A stretch of DNA of 64,000 nucleotides from Minisyncoccota bacterium. Its GTDB lineage: Bacteria > Patescibacteriota > Minisyncoccia > Phycocordibacterales > CAJQIN01. The DNA lies in contig CAJQIN010000002.1 of the NCBI GenBank assembly GCA_905478465.1, forward strand, positions 24,312 through 88,311, written 5' to 3'. The position numbers and the translations under genes were made by a program. The first letter of the stretch is position 1. Each line of letters begins with the position of its first letter. The notes beneath the pieces were generated by a model. That model searched no databases. It was not told where the DNA came from and was given only the letters and a program-made list of their open reading frames with translations. This document shows positions 1-8,419 of the stretch, one piece after another.

Positions 1-1791
1 ACGAGCTTCTTTCATAATACGAGAAACTTCAGCATCAATCTTGGCAGAAACTTCTGAAGAATACTCTTTTCCACTAACACCTTGTCCAAAGAGAGCCTTA
101 CCCCCAGAACCTTCAAAAGCAATAGGACCCAAAGATTCTGACATTCCATATTTTGTTACCATATCACGAGCAAGAGCAGTTGATACCTGAAGGTCATTTG
201 AAGGACCAGTTGAAAGATCTCCGAAGATCATCTTCTCAACCACATATCCACCAAGTGACATAGCTATATCATCAAGAAATTCTTTTTTGGTTCGCAATCT
301 CTTATCTTCAAAAGGAAGATTCAGAGTATATCCACCTGCACGTCCACGAGAAATAATGGATACTTTGTGAACCGGATCAGAGAACTCAAGCACAGAGCCA
401 ACAAGAGCATGTCCCATTTCATGATATGCAGTTATTTCTTTTTCTTTCTTTGAGAGTAGATGACTTTTTCTTTCTGGACCAAGCATTACCTTTTCAATTG
501 AACGGAGTAGGTCATATTGAGAAACTTCCTTCCGTTCTTCACGTGCAGCAAGAATAGCTCCTTCATTCATAAGTGAATACAAATCTGCCCCAGAGAACCC
601 AGGAGTTCTTTCTGCAATAACAACAAGATCAACATCTTCTGTAAGGGGTTTCTTTCGTGAATGAATTTTCAAAATAGCTTCTCGATCTTTTCTATCTGGC
701 GGGTCAATCATAACTCGACGATCAAATCTTCCTGGTCGAAGAAGGGCTGGATCAAGTACATCAGGACGGTTTGTAGCAGCCATTATAATGAGTTTCTCAT
801 TTGGTTCAAATCCATCCATTTCAACAAGTATCTGATTGAGTGTTTGTTCTCGCTCATCATTCCCACCACCAACACCAGTTCCTCGAACACGTCCAACAGC
901 ATCAATTTCATCAATAAAAATAATTGCGGGTCCCATAGACTTTGCAAGCTTGAATAGATCTCGTACACGACTTGCTCCAACTCCTACAAACATTTCCACA
1001 AACTCTGATCCAGAAATAGAAAAGAATGCAACACCTGCTTCTCCAGCAACAGCACGCGCCAAAAGTGTTTTTCCTGTTCCAGGAGAACCCATAAGAAGAA
1101 TACCTTTTGGAATATCTGCGCCAATTTCAATAAATTTCTTTGGGTTCTTTAGAAAATCCACAACCTCAGCAAGTTCCTGTTTGGCTTCCTTTGCTCCTGC
1201 CACATCATCAAACGTTACCCGATTTTTAGTATCAGCAGGATCAATCATTTTTGCCTTTGACTGTCCGAAACTAAAGGCTTGCATGCCTGAACCTTTTACT
1301 TGTCTTGTGAGGTACCAGAAAATAAAGATAATAAAAATGATAGGGATAAGTACAGGAGCTAAATTAAGTATCCAAAAAAGAATACCTCCCTCTTTTTTGA
1401 TATTTATTTCAACACCAGATAGTTGTTCTGAAGTCACACCATAGTTCACCAGAGTATCAGATAAAGATGCTTCATCTTCTTTCTTAGAATTTTTTTCAAT
1501 CACCTCCTGCCCTTCTTCACCCCTATACGTAACAGACAGACTACTACCTTCAACTGTAATTTTTTCAACACTTCCTATCTGAATATCCTGCGCAAGTTGA
1601 GACAGAGCTATTTGCTCTATTTCCTTTTTATTATCAGAGATAAAAGAATACAAAGAGATAAGTGCAAATAGAATGAGAACAGTAGAAAGAAGATTCATCC
1701 AAAATGGCACTTTTTTATTCTTTTTACCCTTACCCTTCTTATTTACAACAAGTTTAAAATATTTCTTTTTCTTCTTCGGAGTTTTTTTCAT
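1..1791 (-). CDS. ftsH: ATP-dependent zinc metalloprotease FtsH (C-terminal part cut by window start)
   Basis: Minus-strand translation has N-terminal TM segments, AAA Walker A 'GSPGTGKT', SRH region and an HExxH zinc site; start MKKTPKKKK at 1791. The + strand ORFs 661..957 and 836..1444 are antisense artefacts. Confidence 0.9.
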   Translation of the reverse strand, partial: MKKTPKKKKKYFKLVVNKKGKGKKNKKVPFWMNLLSTVLILFALISLYSFISDNKKEIEQIALSQLAQDIQIGSVEKITVEGSSLSVTYRGEEGQEVIEKNSKKEDEASLSDTLVNYGVTSEQLSGVEINIKKEGGILFWILNLAPVLIPIIFIIFIFWYLTRQVKGSGMQAFSFGQSKAKMIDPADTKNRVTFDDVAGAKEAKQELAEVVDFLKNPKKFIEIGADIPKGILLMGSPGTGKTLLARAVAGEAGVAFFSISGSEFVEMFVGVGASRVRDLFKLAKSMGPAIIFIDEIDAVGRVRGTGVGGGNDEREQTLNQILVEMDGFEPNEKLIIMAATNRPDVLDPALLRPGRFDRRVMIDPPDRKDREAILKIHSRKKPLTEDVDLVVIAERTPGFSGADLYSLMNEGAILAAREERKEVSQYDLLRSIEKVMLGPERKSHLLSKKEKEITAYHEMGHALVGSVLEFSDPVHKVSIISRGRAGGYTLNLPFEDKRLRTKKEFLDDIAMSLGGYVVEKMIFGDLSTGPSNDLQVSTALARDMVTKYGMSESLGPIAFEGSGGKALFGQGVSGKEYSSEVSAKIDAEVSRIMKEAR

Positions 1792-1874
1792 ATGAGGCAA
1801 TTATACATAAATATCAGAGTATTAAAAGAAAAATACATTTTTGTTTCTATGAATTCGTTGCTATCATTGACCTA

Positions 1875-2315
1875 ATGTTAATTGCAAACAAAAAAGCACG
1901 CTTAAACTACGAGGTCCTTGAGACATTTGAAGCAGGTATCAAACTGCTTGGTTTTGAGGTAAAAGCCCTCAAACAGAAAAGTGGTTCACTGGAAGGCTCT
2001 CATGTGACCATACGTGGAGCCGAGGCATTTGTAATCAACATGCACATCCCCCCATATCAACCAACCAACACCCCTAAAGGATATGACCCATATCGCAACA
2101 GAAAACTACTACTCACAAAAAAAGAACTTCTTGTTTTAACAGGAAAAGAGTCCCAAAAAGGATTGACAATGGTACCACTTTCAGTGTATAATAAAGGAAA
2201 GAATATCAAACTTGAGTTTGCAATTGTTCGCGGAAAGAAAAAATTCGACAAACGAGAAGACCTGAAGAAACAAACTGCCAAGCGTGATATCGAACGATCT
2301 TTGAAATACGAATAG
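1875..2315 (+). CDS. smpB: SsrA-binding protein SmpB
   Basis: 146 aa, typical SmpB length and sequence character; lies immediately upstream of a tmRNA gene. Confidence 0.88.
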   Translation: MLIANKKARLNYEVLETFEAGIKLLGFEVKALKQKSGSLEGSHVTIRGAEAFVINMHIPPYQPTNTPKGYDPYRNRKLLLTKKELLVLTGKESQKGLTMVPLSVYNKGKNIKLEFAIVRGKKKFDKREDLKKQTAKRDIERSLKYE

Positions 2316-2366
2316 CAAAGCCGACCATTCATAAAGAGTAGAGGAATTCATATTCCCCTTTTCTTT

Positions 2367-2763
2367 GGGGATGATCGGCCTAGACGAGTAAGCTATCCAT
2401 CATATGTGCAAAGTAGAGCTCTGGGAACTCTTTAAAAGCTCAGAACACTCTAAGTGCAAACTTAGTACAAAAAACAAAGTCAGTAGCTTCACCTTTCTTT
2501 AAGGCGAACGACTTTGCATTCGCTTACGCAATAGCCTAAGCGACGCGCACGCATTGAGGAGTTCGAGTAAATGTATTGCGTGTTATTACACGAACTAGAC
2601 CTGCTAGTGTTTTGATTTCAGGTCGACATTAATTAAAACTCGACGTTTGAGAATTTTGTGTATTTTATATCTCAAATGTTTAAAACCTTAAAACACACTA
2701 CACTTTGTAGAATCATATTTTGAACTTATTCACACGGCGGTTCGATTCCGCCCATCTCCACAT
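2367..2763 (+). ncRNA. ssrA: tmRNA (transfer-messenger RNA)
   Basis: 5' GGGGAUGAUCGG...GACGAG; 3' T-arm GGCGGTTCGATTCCGCC then acceptor strand CATCTCC pairing with 5' GGGGATG including a G3.U pair (Ala identity), then A-CA. Internal tag frame GCG AAC GAC TTT GCA TTC GCT TAC GCA ATA GCC TAA gives ANDFAFAYAIA* (2504..2539). Confidence 0.8.
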
Positions 2764-4324
2764 CTAGGGATTTTGTAGTGACAAAATCTTCAAATAACCT
2801 TACAGCACTTGGTATTTCAGCGGTTCCATAACCCTCATCAAGTGAGTATGGTAATTTCTCATCAAAAATAAAGAAGAATAGCTTTTGCCTTTCTTCAACT
2901 TCTAATTTAGCCCATATTTTATAAGGGCTTTTCAGCATACCAGTCGCTTTATCTAAAGCGGTTCCATAAGGAATATCAAAGTCCACGACCTCAAGTATAT
3001 TTGGGTCTTCCTGCTCCCTCTGACTCACTAAGTCCTCAATCTCTTTTTCGTATACTTGAACAAGTGATTCTGACTTGGTTTCAATAACTCTCCGAGAAAG
3101 CAATTTTATTTTTTCATCTATCTCTTGACTCGCCTGTGAGTTTTTTAGCTCCCTTTCTTTCAACAATGAAACTTCTATATCCCAAGATTTATCAAATATC
3201 TTTTTGATAAGAGGGCCCGCTCGAGGATTTAGCTTGTGTCTTTTTAGTAGTTGATTAAAACGTAATTCCGCGTCCTCAACCGAAAGTGATTTACTGTATC
3301 GCTCACAATCTTTGTTTTGACACTTGTAATACGCATAGCGCCTTGTCCTACCTTTAGACCAAGCGCCAGTGAGATGTCCGCGACATTCTGGGCAAACTAG
3401 AAGGCCTCTCATAGGAAAATCTGCCCTTACATCCATTCTGACTTTCCGACCTGTTGCTTCGTTAGTTAATCGTTTTTGATTGAGTTCAAAAATCTCTTTC
3501 GAGATTAAACCTTCGTGTTTTCCTTCTCTTATACTGACCTCCCATGCGGGGTACTCAATGAAACCGGCATAGAATGGGTCTCGTAATATCACCGTAAACT
3601 TATCAATGTATCTTTCTGGAGCTTGGGCTTTCCAGAAACCCTTATCAACCAAGAAACGACAAGCGTCTACTTTTCTCAGAAAGACACTCTTGGCGTATCC
3701 TTCCAATGCTTCTTGCAAGTATGTAGCTTCCGGCTCCTTACGCATTGATATGGTCCCGTGTATAGGACTACGAGTCATTTTGTACCCTTTTTTAGAGCCA
3801 AAAGCCCAATAACCTAGCAATAGTCGAGCACGCTGTTTCTGTATCACCTGACGCTTATTTTGCTTTCTTTCTAGTTCGGCTTGGCCGGCCATGATTAACT
3901 CAGCAAAACGCCCTTCATCGCTATCATCAAAGTTGTAGTTGAGACAACGTAAAGCGACGTCTCTCATTTCAAAAGCTGTCCTTAGCTTGAGATGAAACTC
4001 AACATCTCTCGCAAACCGTTTTAAGTCATCAAAAACCACAACAAACTTTTTGTGAGGACGAGTGTCGATGTATTCAAGCATGGCCCTCATTGCGGGACGA
4101 TTCATAAAATCACCACCTCCAGTAACGCTGTCTCTAAATGTTTCAGCATGTGGCACCTTAATGTTTTGTAAGTCAGTCAAGCACCTCCCTTCTTGCGACT
4201 TCAGACCTGTCCCTTCTGTTTCCTGACGCTTACTTGATACTCGGGCATAGACAATGCCCTCGCGTCCATCATAAGAAACTTCTTTGCGTTCGCCGTATAA
4301 ATTAATTTTTCTTGCTTTGCTCAT
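2726..4324 (-). CDS. large serine recombinase (integrase) 1
   Basis: N-terminal resolvase-type catalytic domain 'IVYARVSSKRQ', recombinase domain, zinc-ribbon 'CPECRGH...YYKC'. The last ~11 codons (..VEMGGIEPPCE) are encoded by the tmRNA 3' end. Confidence 0.85.
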   Translation of the reverse strand: MSKARKINLYGERKEVSYDGREGIVYARVSSKRQETEGTGLKSQEGRCLTDLQNIKVPHAETFRDSVTGGGDFMNRPAMRAMLEYIDTRPHKKFVVVFDDLKRFARDVEFHLKLRTAFEMRDVALRCLNYNFDDSDEGRFAELIMAGQAELERKQNKRQVIQKQRARLLLGYWAFGSKKGYKMTRSPIHGTISMRKEPEATYLQEALEGYAKSVFLRKVDACRFLVDKGFWKAQAPERYIDKFTVILRDPFYAGFIEYPAWEVSIREGKHEGLISKEIFELNQKRLTNEATGRKVRMDVRADFPMRGLLVCPECRGHLTGAWSKGRTRRYAYYKCQNKDCERYSKSLSVEDAELRFNQLLKRHKLNPRAGPLIKKIFDKSWDIEVSLLKERELKNSQASQEIDEKIKLLSRRVIETKSESLVQVYEKEIEDLVSQREQEDPNILEVVDFDIPYGTALDKATGMLKSPYKIWAKLEVEERQKLFFFIFDEKLPYSLDEGYGTAEIPSAVRLFEDFVTTKSLDVEMGGIEPPCE

Positions 4325-4505
4325 GTTTTTTTATCTCGTTAACATATCTATCGAGTTCTGCCCTAGCTACATTTCGACAAAAAGCAGTCAGATAGTTTAT
4401 GCGTTGAATAATTTTGTCCTCGGAAGAACCAAAATCATCCACAAGAGACCGGTACTCATCGACCGAGATAACAGCGGTTGTGTCGTTTTCTAACTTCGAG
4501 GACAT
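4302..4505 (-). CDS. small hypothetical protein overlapping integrase-1 start (candidate excision/directionality factor)
   Basis: 67-aa ORF whose 3' end overlaps the int1 start by 23 nt (translational coupling). Confidence 0.35.
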   Translation of the reverse strand: MSSKLENDTTAVISVDEYRSLVDDFGSSEDKIIQRINYLTAFCRNVARAELDRYVNEIKKHEQSKKN

Positions 4506-4645
4506 GCCTCGATTGTAGAAACATCACCCCGTACCAAATCTAGGTCCGATAGAAATAGGAAATGTTTTAAATACCCTTGATTTGCTACATATTTGAAACA
4601 CTATCCACAAGTACGAATACGTACTTGCTCATAGGGTATACCCAG

Positions 4646-5305
4646 TCACTTTTTCAGCTTTACATTGGTCACTCGATAACCTGATTTGTTGTCACTTTCC
4701 AAAAGAGTTTCCCTGGGTAAGCCAAACTCGCGCTCGACCACATCTCTCAAGTTGTTTGCCACCTTTCTTATTCCCACGCCAGTTGTTTCAAACTCTTCTG
4801 CAAGTTTTTGTGTTTTAACAAATCGTTTCTTCTTTGCGAGGTAATTCAGAACCCCGTACGGCCGCTTGTCAGTTTCTAAATTAAACTTCTTGTCTAATCT
4901 GGCTTCAGGATAGAAGCTACCGTCTTTTTCAAGCACATAGCGTTGAACATTCTCCAGCTCTTTAATCTTTTCCTCTAACAAACTTTCTTGCTCTTGTAGT
5001 TGCTGGTAATCCCTAACTCTGACCCAAATACTTTTTCTCATCACATCACCGTCAATGATAGTTGTGACACCTGAAGGAACTATTGCACTTTTGTATTCCA
5101 GATTCCCATCACTTTCTGCAACAAGTAAGTCGAGTGCCTCTTCAGCTAAATATGGGTCAAGGAGCAGGTCATTATATTCTCTGATTCTGTCTATATCACA
5201 AGAAAAAGATTCTCTTGTTGCTCCTTCCTTGAGTCGTTTTGTAATAAACTCAATAAGAAGTTTCTCGCGATATATTGTCTTATCTCCATATCTCTCACTC
5301 TTCAT
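4646..5305 (-). CDS. hypothetical protein, possible C-terminal winged-HTH
   Basis: 219-aa ORF; the C-terminal segment KKKRFVKTQKLAEEFETTGVGIRKVANNL resembles a DNA-binding helix-turn-helix. Confidence 0.45.
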   Translation of the reverse strand: MKSERYGDKTIYREKLLIEFITKRLKEGATRESFSCDIDRIREYNDLLLDPYLAEEALDLLVAESDGNLEYKSAIVPSGVTTIIDGDVMRKSIWVRVRDYQQLQEQESLLEEKIKELENVQRYVLEKDGSFYPEARLDKKFNLETDKRPYGVLNYLAKKKRFVKTQKLAEEFETTGVGIRKVANNLRDVVEREFGLPRETLLESDNKSGYRVTNVKLKK

Positions 5306-5331
5306 TGCTTTATTTTAGCAACAAACAACAC

Positions 5332-5688
5332 TTACTGACATAACGAATACTCTTTCATCCCTTTAGTGAACCCTTGTCCGACCATATCTTCTTCACTGTA
5401 TCCATAGGCCCAAACAGTTACGGAATCCTGATTCGACTTATTAGCATTAATAATTTGTTCTAGCGTGTAATCGACCTTTTCTTGCTCAGCCACATCCGGG
5501 ACCAGAACATGAATGCCTACACGCCTACAGTTGAGATACGATAGGTCGCTTTGTTCCACAATCCGATATTCTAGTAGCGGTTTCTCGTTTACCCCTCTTG
5601 AAATTATCACCATAACAACCAGAATGGCGACTAGAGCGATAAACCCTCCTGCCGAGTACTTAGAAATTCTAATTATTTTATCTATCAT
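5332..5688 (-). CDS. small membrane-anchored protein
   Basis: 118 aa with an N-terminal hydrophobic anchor (FIALVAILVVMVIIS); preceded by repeat element A. Confidence 0.45.
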   Translation of the reverse strand: MIDKIIRISKYSAGGFIALVAILVVMVIISRGVNEKPLLEYRIVEQSDLSYLNCRRVGIHVLVPDVAEQEKVDYTLEQIINANKSNQDSVTVWAYGYSEEDMVGQGFTKGMKEYSLCQ

Positions 5689-5723
5689 GGTTTTCCTTTA
5701 AAACTCATAAACCCTGACAGCAG

Positions 5724-5879
5724 ATACAAAAAGCCCGCCACCAGGAGGGCCGAAGCCCCTATAGGAGTTTCCCCCTATAACGCGTTCAACGCCCTGAATG
5801 ACGGGTTTTTTATGTTGAACGCGATTTCTGACCATACCTTATGAAAACCATAAGGGTTAGGCCATCTCCTTATTTAATT
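5724..5879 (+). repeat. structured intergenic repeat, copy A (second copy at 11413..11562)
   Basis: About 70% identity to 11413..11562 over ~155 bp. Conserved core CCCTRAATGACGGGTTTTTTATGTT is flanked by a 10-12 bp inverted repeat whose sequence differs between copies but stays complementary (A: CGCGTTCAAC/GTTGAACGCG 5781..5823; B: AACGCTACAAAC/GTTTGTAGCGTT 11468..11515). Confidence 0.6.
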
Positions 5880-5998
5880 GTCATTGAATTATACCACCTT
5901 ATACGCTCCTGACCCTACCCCCCCTAAAATTAACATTTCAAAATATGATACGGCTCAAAATAAAGCTTTTTTTGTAAACAAAATTACAATTTCTAATT

Positions 5999-6508
5999 TT
6001 AGAGATTTAAATCTAAATCTTCAAATAAGTCGATGGCAAATCTTTCTCCTGAAACATGAAGGACATTGTAATCGTTACAAACATTTGGTATTTTGGCTTT
6101 TTTATTATTCTTACCAGAACTAACAGAACGCTCAGCAGTTACCACTACTGTCTTATGATTTAGAGAATGAGCTATTACATAAGGGTCCGCTATGGTCTTA
6201 ACTCTATTCTCATCTTCAAGAGTAGGATGAGCACGAATAATTGATATGGCTTGGTTATAATCATCCGCGCTTAATTCCTTAACTACCTGGGTCTGTCTTT
6301 CTTTAATCCACCCCGCCATGTCATCATCCTTATTCATAACCTCTTCATACACCTCACGAACAACATACGCTCTGCCAAGATTAAACAACTCTTCTATCTC
6401 CAGCCATAGGGGTGAAAATCTCTTAATAGGATAATTATGACTTAAAACAATCAAAGCAGAAGCATCGAAGTTATATATTTTATTATTCTCTGCCAGGTTC
6501 ATTGTCAT
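5999..6508 (-). CDS. PIN-like nuclease domain protein (DUF4411-like)
   Basis: 169 aa, N-terminal 'IYNFDASALI' acidic PIN-type motif. It lies immediately downstream of an ImmA/IrrE peptidase gene, a pairing that recurs in published gene-neighbourhood surveys. Confidence 0.55.
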   Translation of the reverse strand: MTMNLAENNKIYNFDASALIVLSHNYPIKRFSPLWLEIEELFNLGRAYVVREVYEEVMNKDDDMAGWIKERQTQVVKELSADDYNQAISIIRAHPTLEDENRVKTIADPYVIAHSLNHKTVVVTAERSVSSGKNNKKAKIPNVCNDYNVLHVSGERFAIDLFEDLDLNL

Positions 6509-6513
6509 AACTT

Positions 6514-7734
6514 TTAATTTGCCTGGCTAAACTGGTTTTCAATTTTTTGTATGTGCTTTTGTTTTATATCAAAAAATCTGACCATATCGAAATAAGATAT
6601 TTTCTTACTTTCTTGAGCAGATAAAACCCTTTGAGTGAGCTTTCTTCCACTTGCGTTTAAAGCCATAACATAAGGTTGAGGACCTCCACTTTGACCCTTT
6701 TCTTTTGCCTTTTGCTTTAATCTTTTCTTGTACTCTTGAAAAGATAGCTTTAACTCTCTGTCTTTATTTTCAAAAAAATTCTTAGTAACATTGCCACTGT
6801 CATAAAACCTTCTAAGAATAACTCTTGCACTTACTCTATATTTTGTTGCAAGACGTTCTAAGAGTTCTCCATCTTCTTTGTCAGACAAAAACCTTTTTGC
6901 CATATTTTCATTAAGAAGGTTATTCAAAGGAACAAGAAAACTACCAGAAAAATGATTGGCGAAAGTTTCTATAATTAGATGCTGACGTCTTAGGGAAGTA
7001 TTATCTCTTTTAATTTTAGCTAAATCATTCTCACTCAATAATAAGTGAGCTAGTTCATGAAATAAACTAAAAGTTCTGCCAGCAGGACTGTCTTTGGTAT
7101 TTAAAACAATAACTGGTACTTGGTCCTCATCCCCCCTTAAACAAAATGCTCTTATCCCGCCCTCTTCCTCATCAAGAGGCATAGACATTTGAAATACAAG
7201 CAAGCCCAAATCCTCTAAGGCATTAATCCAATTTTTTAACGCATCTCCTTTATCTTCCCAGGAAAGTTGCTCTTCTATACTGATGTTTATGAGATTTCGT
7301 AGCTTTTTGGCTTGCTCATTTACATCTTCTTCAAAATGCAAAATAAACTTTTTTATCTCTCTATTTATTGGTTCTTCCAAAATTTCACTAATCTCTTCAA
7401 AGTATTCTCTATTACGCCTGGCTTTCCTGACAGCTAGTCTGACCTCGTTACTAAGCTCTTCTTGCTTAACACTATCAAGAGTTCTGAAGTCAACAGGAAA
7501 AGCTTTCGTTACGGGAACGTCTGGCAAGAAAAAAACTCCCATACTGCGCTTATAGCGATTCGCAAGGTCTTTGAGTTTAGACACAGATATTTCTCCGCCA
7601 TTTTCCCATTCAACTAATTGCTCTTCAGAAACTTTTTGTTTTTTTGCTACTTCAGATAAGTCATATCCGATTGTTTCTCTGGCCCATTTAAGTATGCCTG
7701 GTGTAGTTTTAATTGTAGGTGTCCGGCTTGCCAT
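6514..7734 (-). CDS. XRE-family HTH + ImmA/IrrE (COG2856-like) zinc metallopeptidase
   Basis: N-terminal HTH (LKWARETIGYDLSEVAKKQKVSEEQLVEWENGGEISVSKLKDLANRY) and HExxH motif 'FHELAHLL'. The likely start MASRTP is at 7734; the ORF track extends to 7848. Confidence 0.65.
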   Translation of the reverse strand: MASRTPTIKTTPGILKWARETIGYDLSEVAKKQKVSEEQLVEWENGGEISVSKLKDLANRYKRSMGVFFLPDVPVTKAFPVDFRTLDSVKQEELSNEVRLAVRKARRNREYFEEISEILEEPINREIKKFILHFEEDVNEQAKKLRNLINISIEEQLSWEDKGDALKNWINALEDLGLLVFQMSMPLDEEEGGIRAFCLRGDEDQVPVIVLNTKDSPAGRTFSLFHELAHLLLSENDLAKIKRDNTSLRRQHLIIETFANHFSGSFLVPLNNLLNENMAKRFLSDKEDGELLERLATKYRVSARVILRRFYDSGNVTKNFFENKDRELKLSFQEYKKRLKQKAKEKGQSGGPQPYVMALNASGRKLTQRVLSAQESKKISYFDMVRFFDIKQKHIQKIENQFSQAN

Positions 7735-7822
7735 AGTAGTTACATTGTATAACAAATACACACCAATCTTAAGTACGATATCCTGCCGAGTAAAAAATGA
7801 TAGTATTCTAGTAGAAACTATT

Positions 7823-7937
7823 GCCCAAGTGGTGGAATTGGTATACACATCCGTTTACCAAAGCGTTTAATTATTTGAACGTTTTGTAAACGGATAGCGC
7901 AAGCTGTGCGGGTTCGAGTCCCGCTTTGGGCACAAAC
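7823..7937 (+). other. tRNA-like RNA element (115 nt) with an extended 10-bp anticodon-like arm
   Basis: 5' GCCCAAG pairs with 3' TTTGGGC (7-bp acceptor with a G.U), followed by A-CA. U8, a GG-containing D-loop and a canonical T-arm GCGGG-TTCGAGT-CCCGC are present. The central helix ATCCGTTTAC/GTAAACGGAT has a 27-nt loop. A hairpin terminator follows at 7950..7977. Confidence 0.35.
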
Positions 7938-7949
7938 AAAAACACCCCT

Positions 7950-7977
7950 TCAACTTCAAGAGTGTTTTTGTAGGGAG
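7950..7977 (+). terminator. hairpin flanked by A/T runs (AAAAACAC..GTGTTTTT)
   Basis: 8-bp stem AAAAACAC/GTGTTTTT with a 12-nt loop, directly 3' of the tRNA-like element. Confidence 0.4.
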
Positions 7978-8081
7978 GTGTTACCTTTCAGTCGCTGTTT
8001 CAGATTCGCAATACAATACCATTGGTCGAACAACCAGTTCTCCTTCCGAGCAAGCTCTACTTAAGCCAGTAACTTTTCCAT

Positions 8082-8396
8082 TCACCTCTTGTTGCGATTC
8101 ACATTGTCACGCTTACTGTGGTCTGGATTGTCACGCACATACCTTCGTCCATTCACAGAGATAACGTGGGCACCTTGATGCTTGCCCTGCAGTACCTCCT
8201 GTACTGCTTTGACTCGAGGAACGTTTGAACGACTTCCAATCTTGTAGCTCTCATTCCTGTCGTTGGGACCATCATTGTTTCCAATTATTTTAGTCATGAG
8301 TATTTTATTATTGTCTTCTAACGAGGGGCGTACGGACTCGACCACTTCCGCACTCACCTTTTTATATTTTACCTCGTTACTTGTTGAATGTATCAC
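8082..8396 (-). CDS. hypothetical protein co-transcribed downstream of integrase 2
   Basis: 104-aa ORF whose start lies 21 nt from the int2 stop. Confidence 0.35.
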   Translation of the reverse strand: MIHSTSNEVKYKKVSAEVVESVRPSLEDNNKILMTKIIGNNDGPNDRNESYKIGSRSNVPRVKAVQEVLQGKHQGAHVISVNGRRYVRDNPDHSKRDNVNRNKR

Positions 8397-8419
8397 TTGT
8401 GGCCATTCACATTAAAAAA

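Noticed and set aside
661-1444. Plus-strand ORFs 661..957 and 836..1444 inside ftsH
   Set aside because: They are antisense to a clearly recognisable FtsH reading frame and have low-complexity Ser/Pro/Thr composition, so they are judged artefacts.
2057-2332. Minus-strand ORF antisense to smpB
   Set aside because: Overlaps the well-supported SmpB frame; no signals.
7894-7937. Idea that the tRNA-like 3' part is a duplicated att copy of the tmRNA 3' end
   Set aside because: Only 16/27 positions match, and those are universal T-loop positions; no direct repeat was found.
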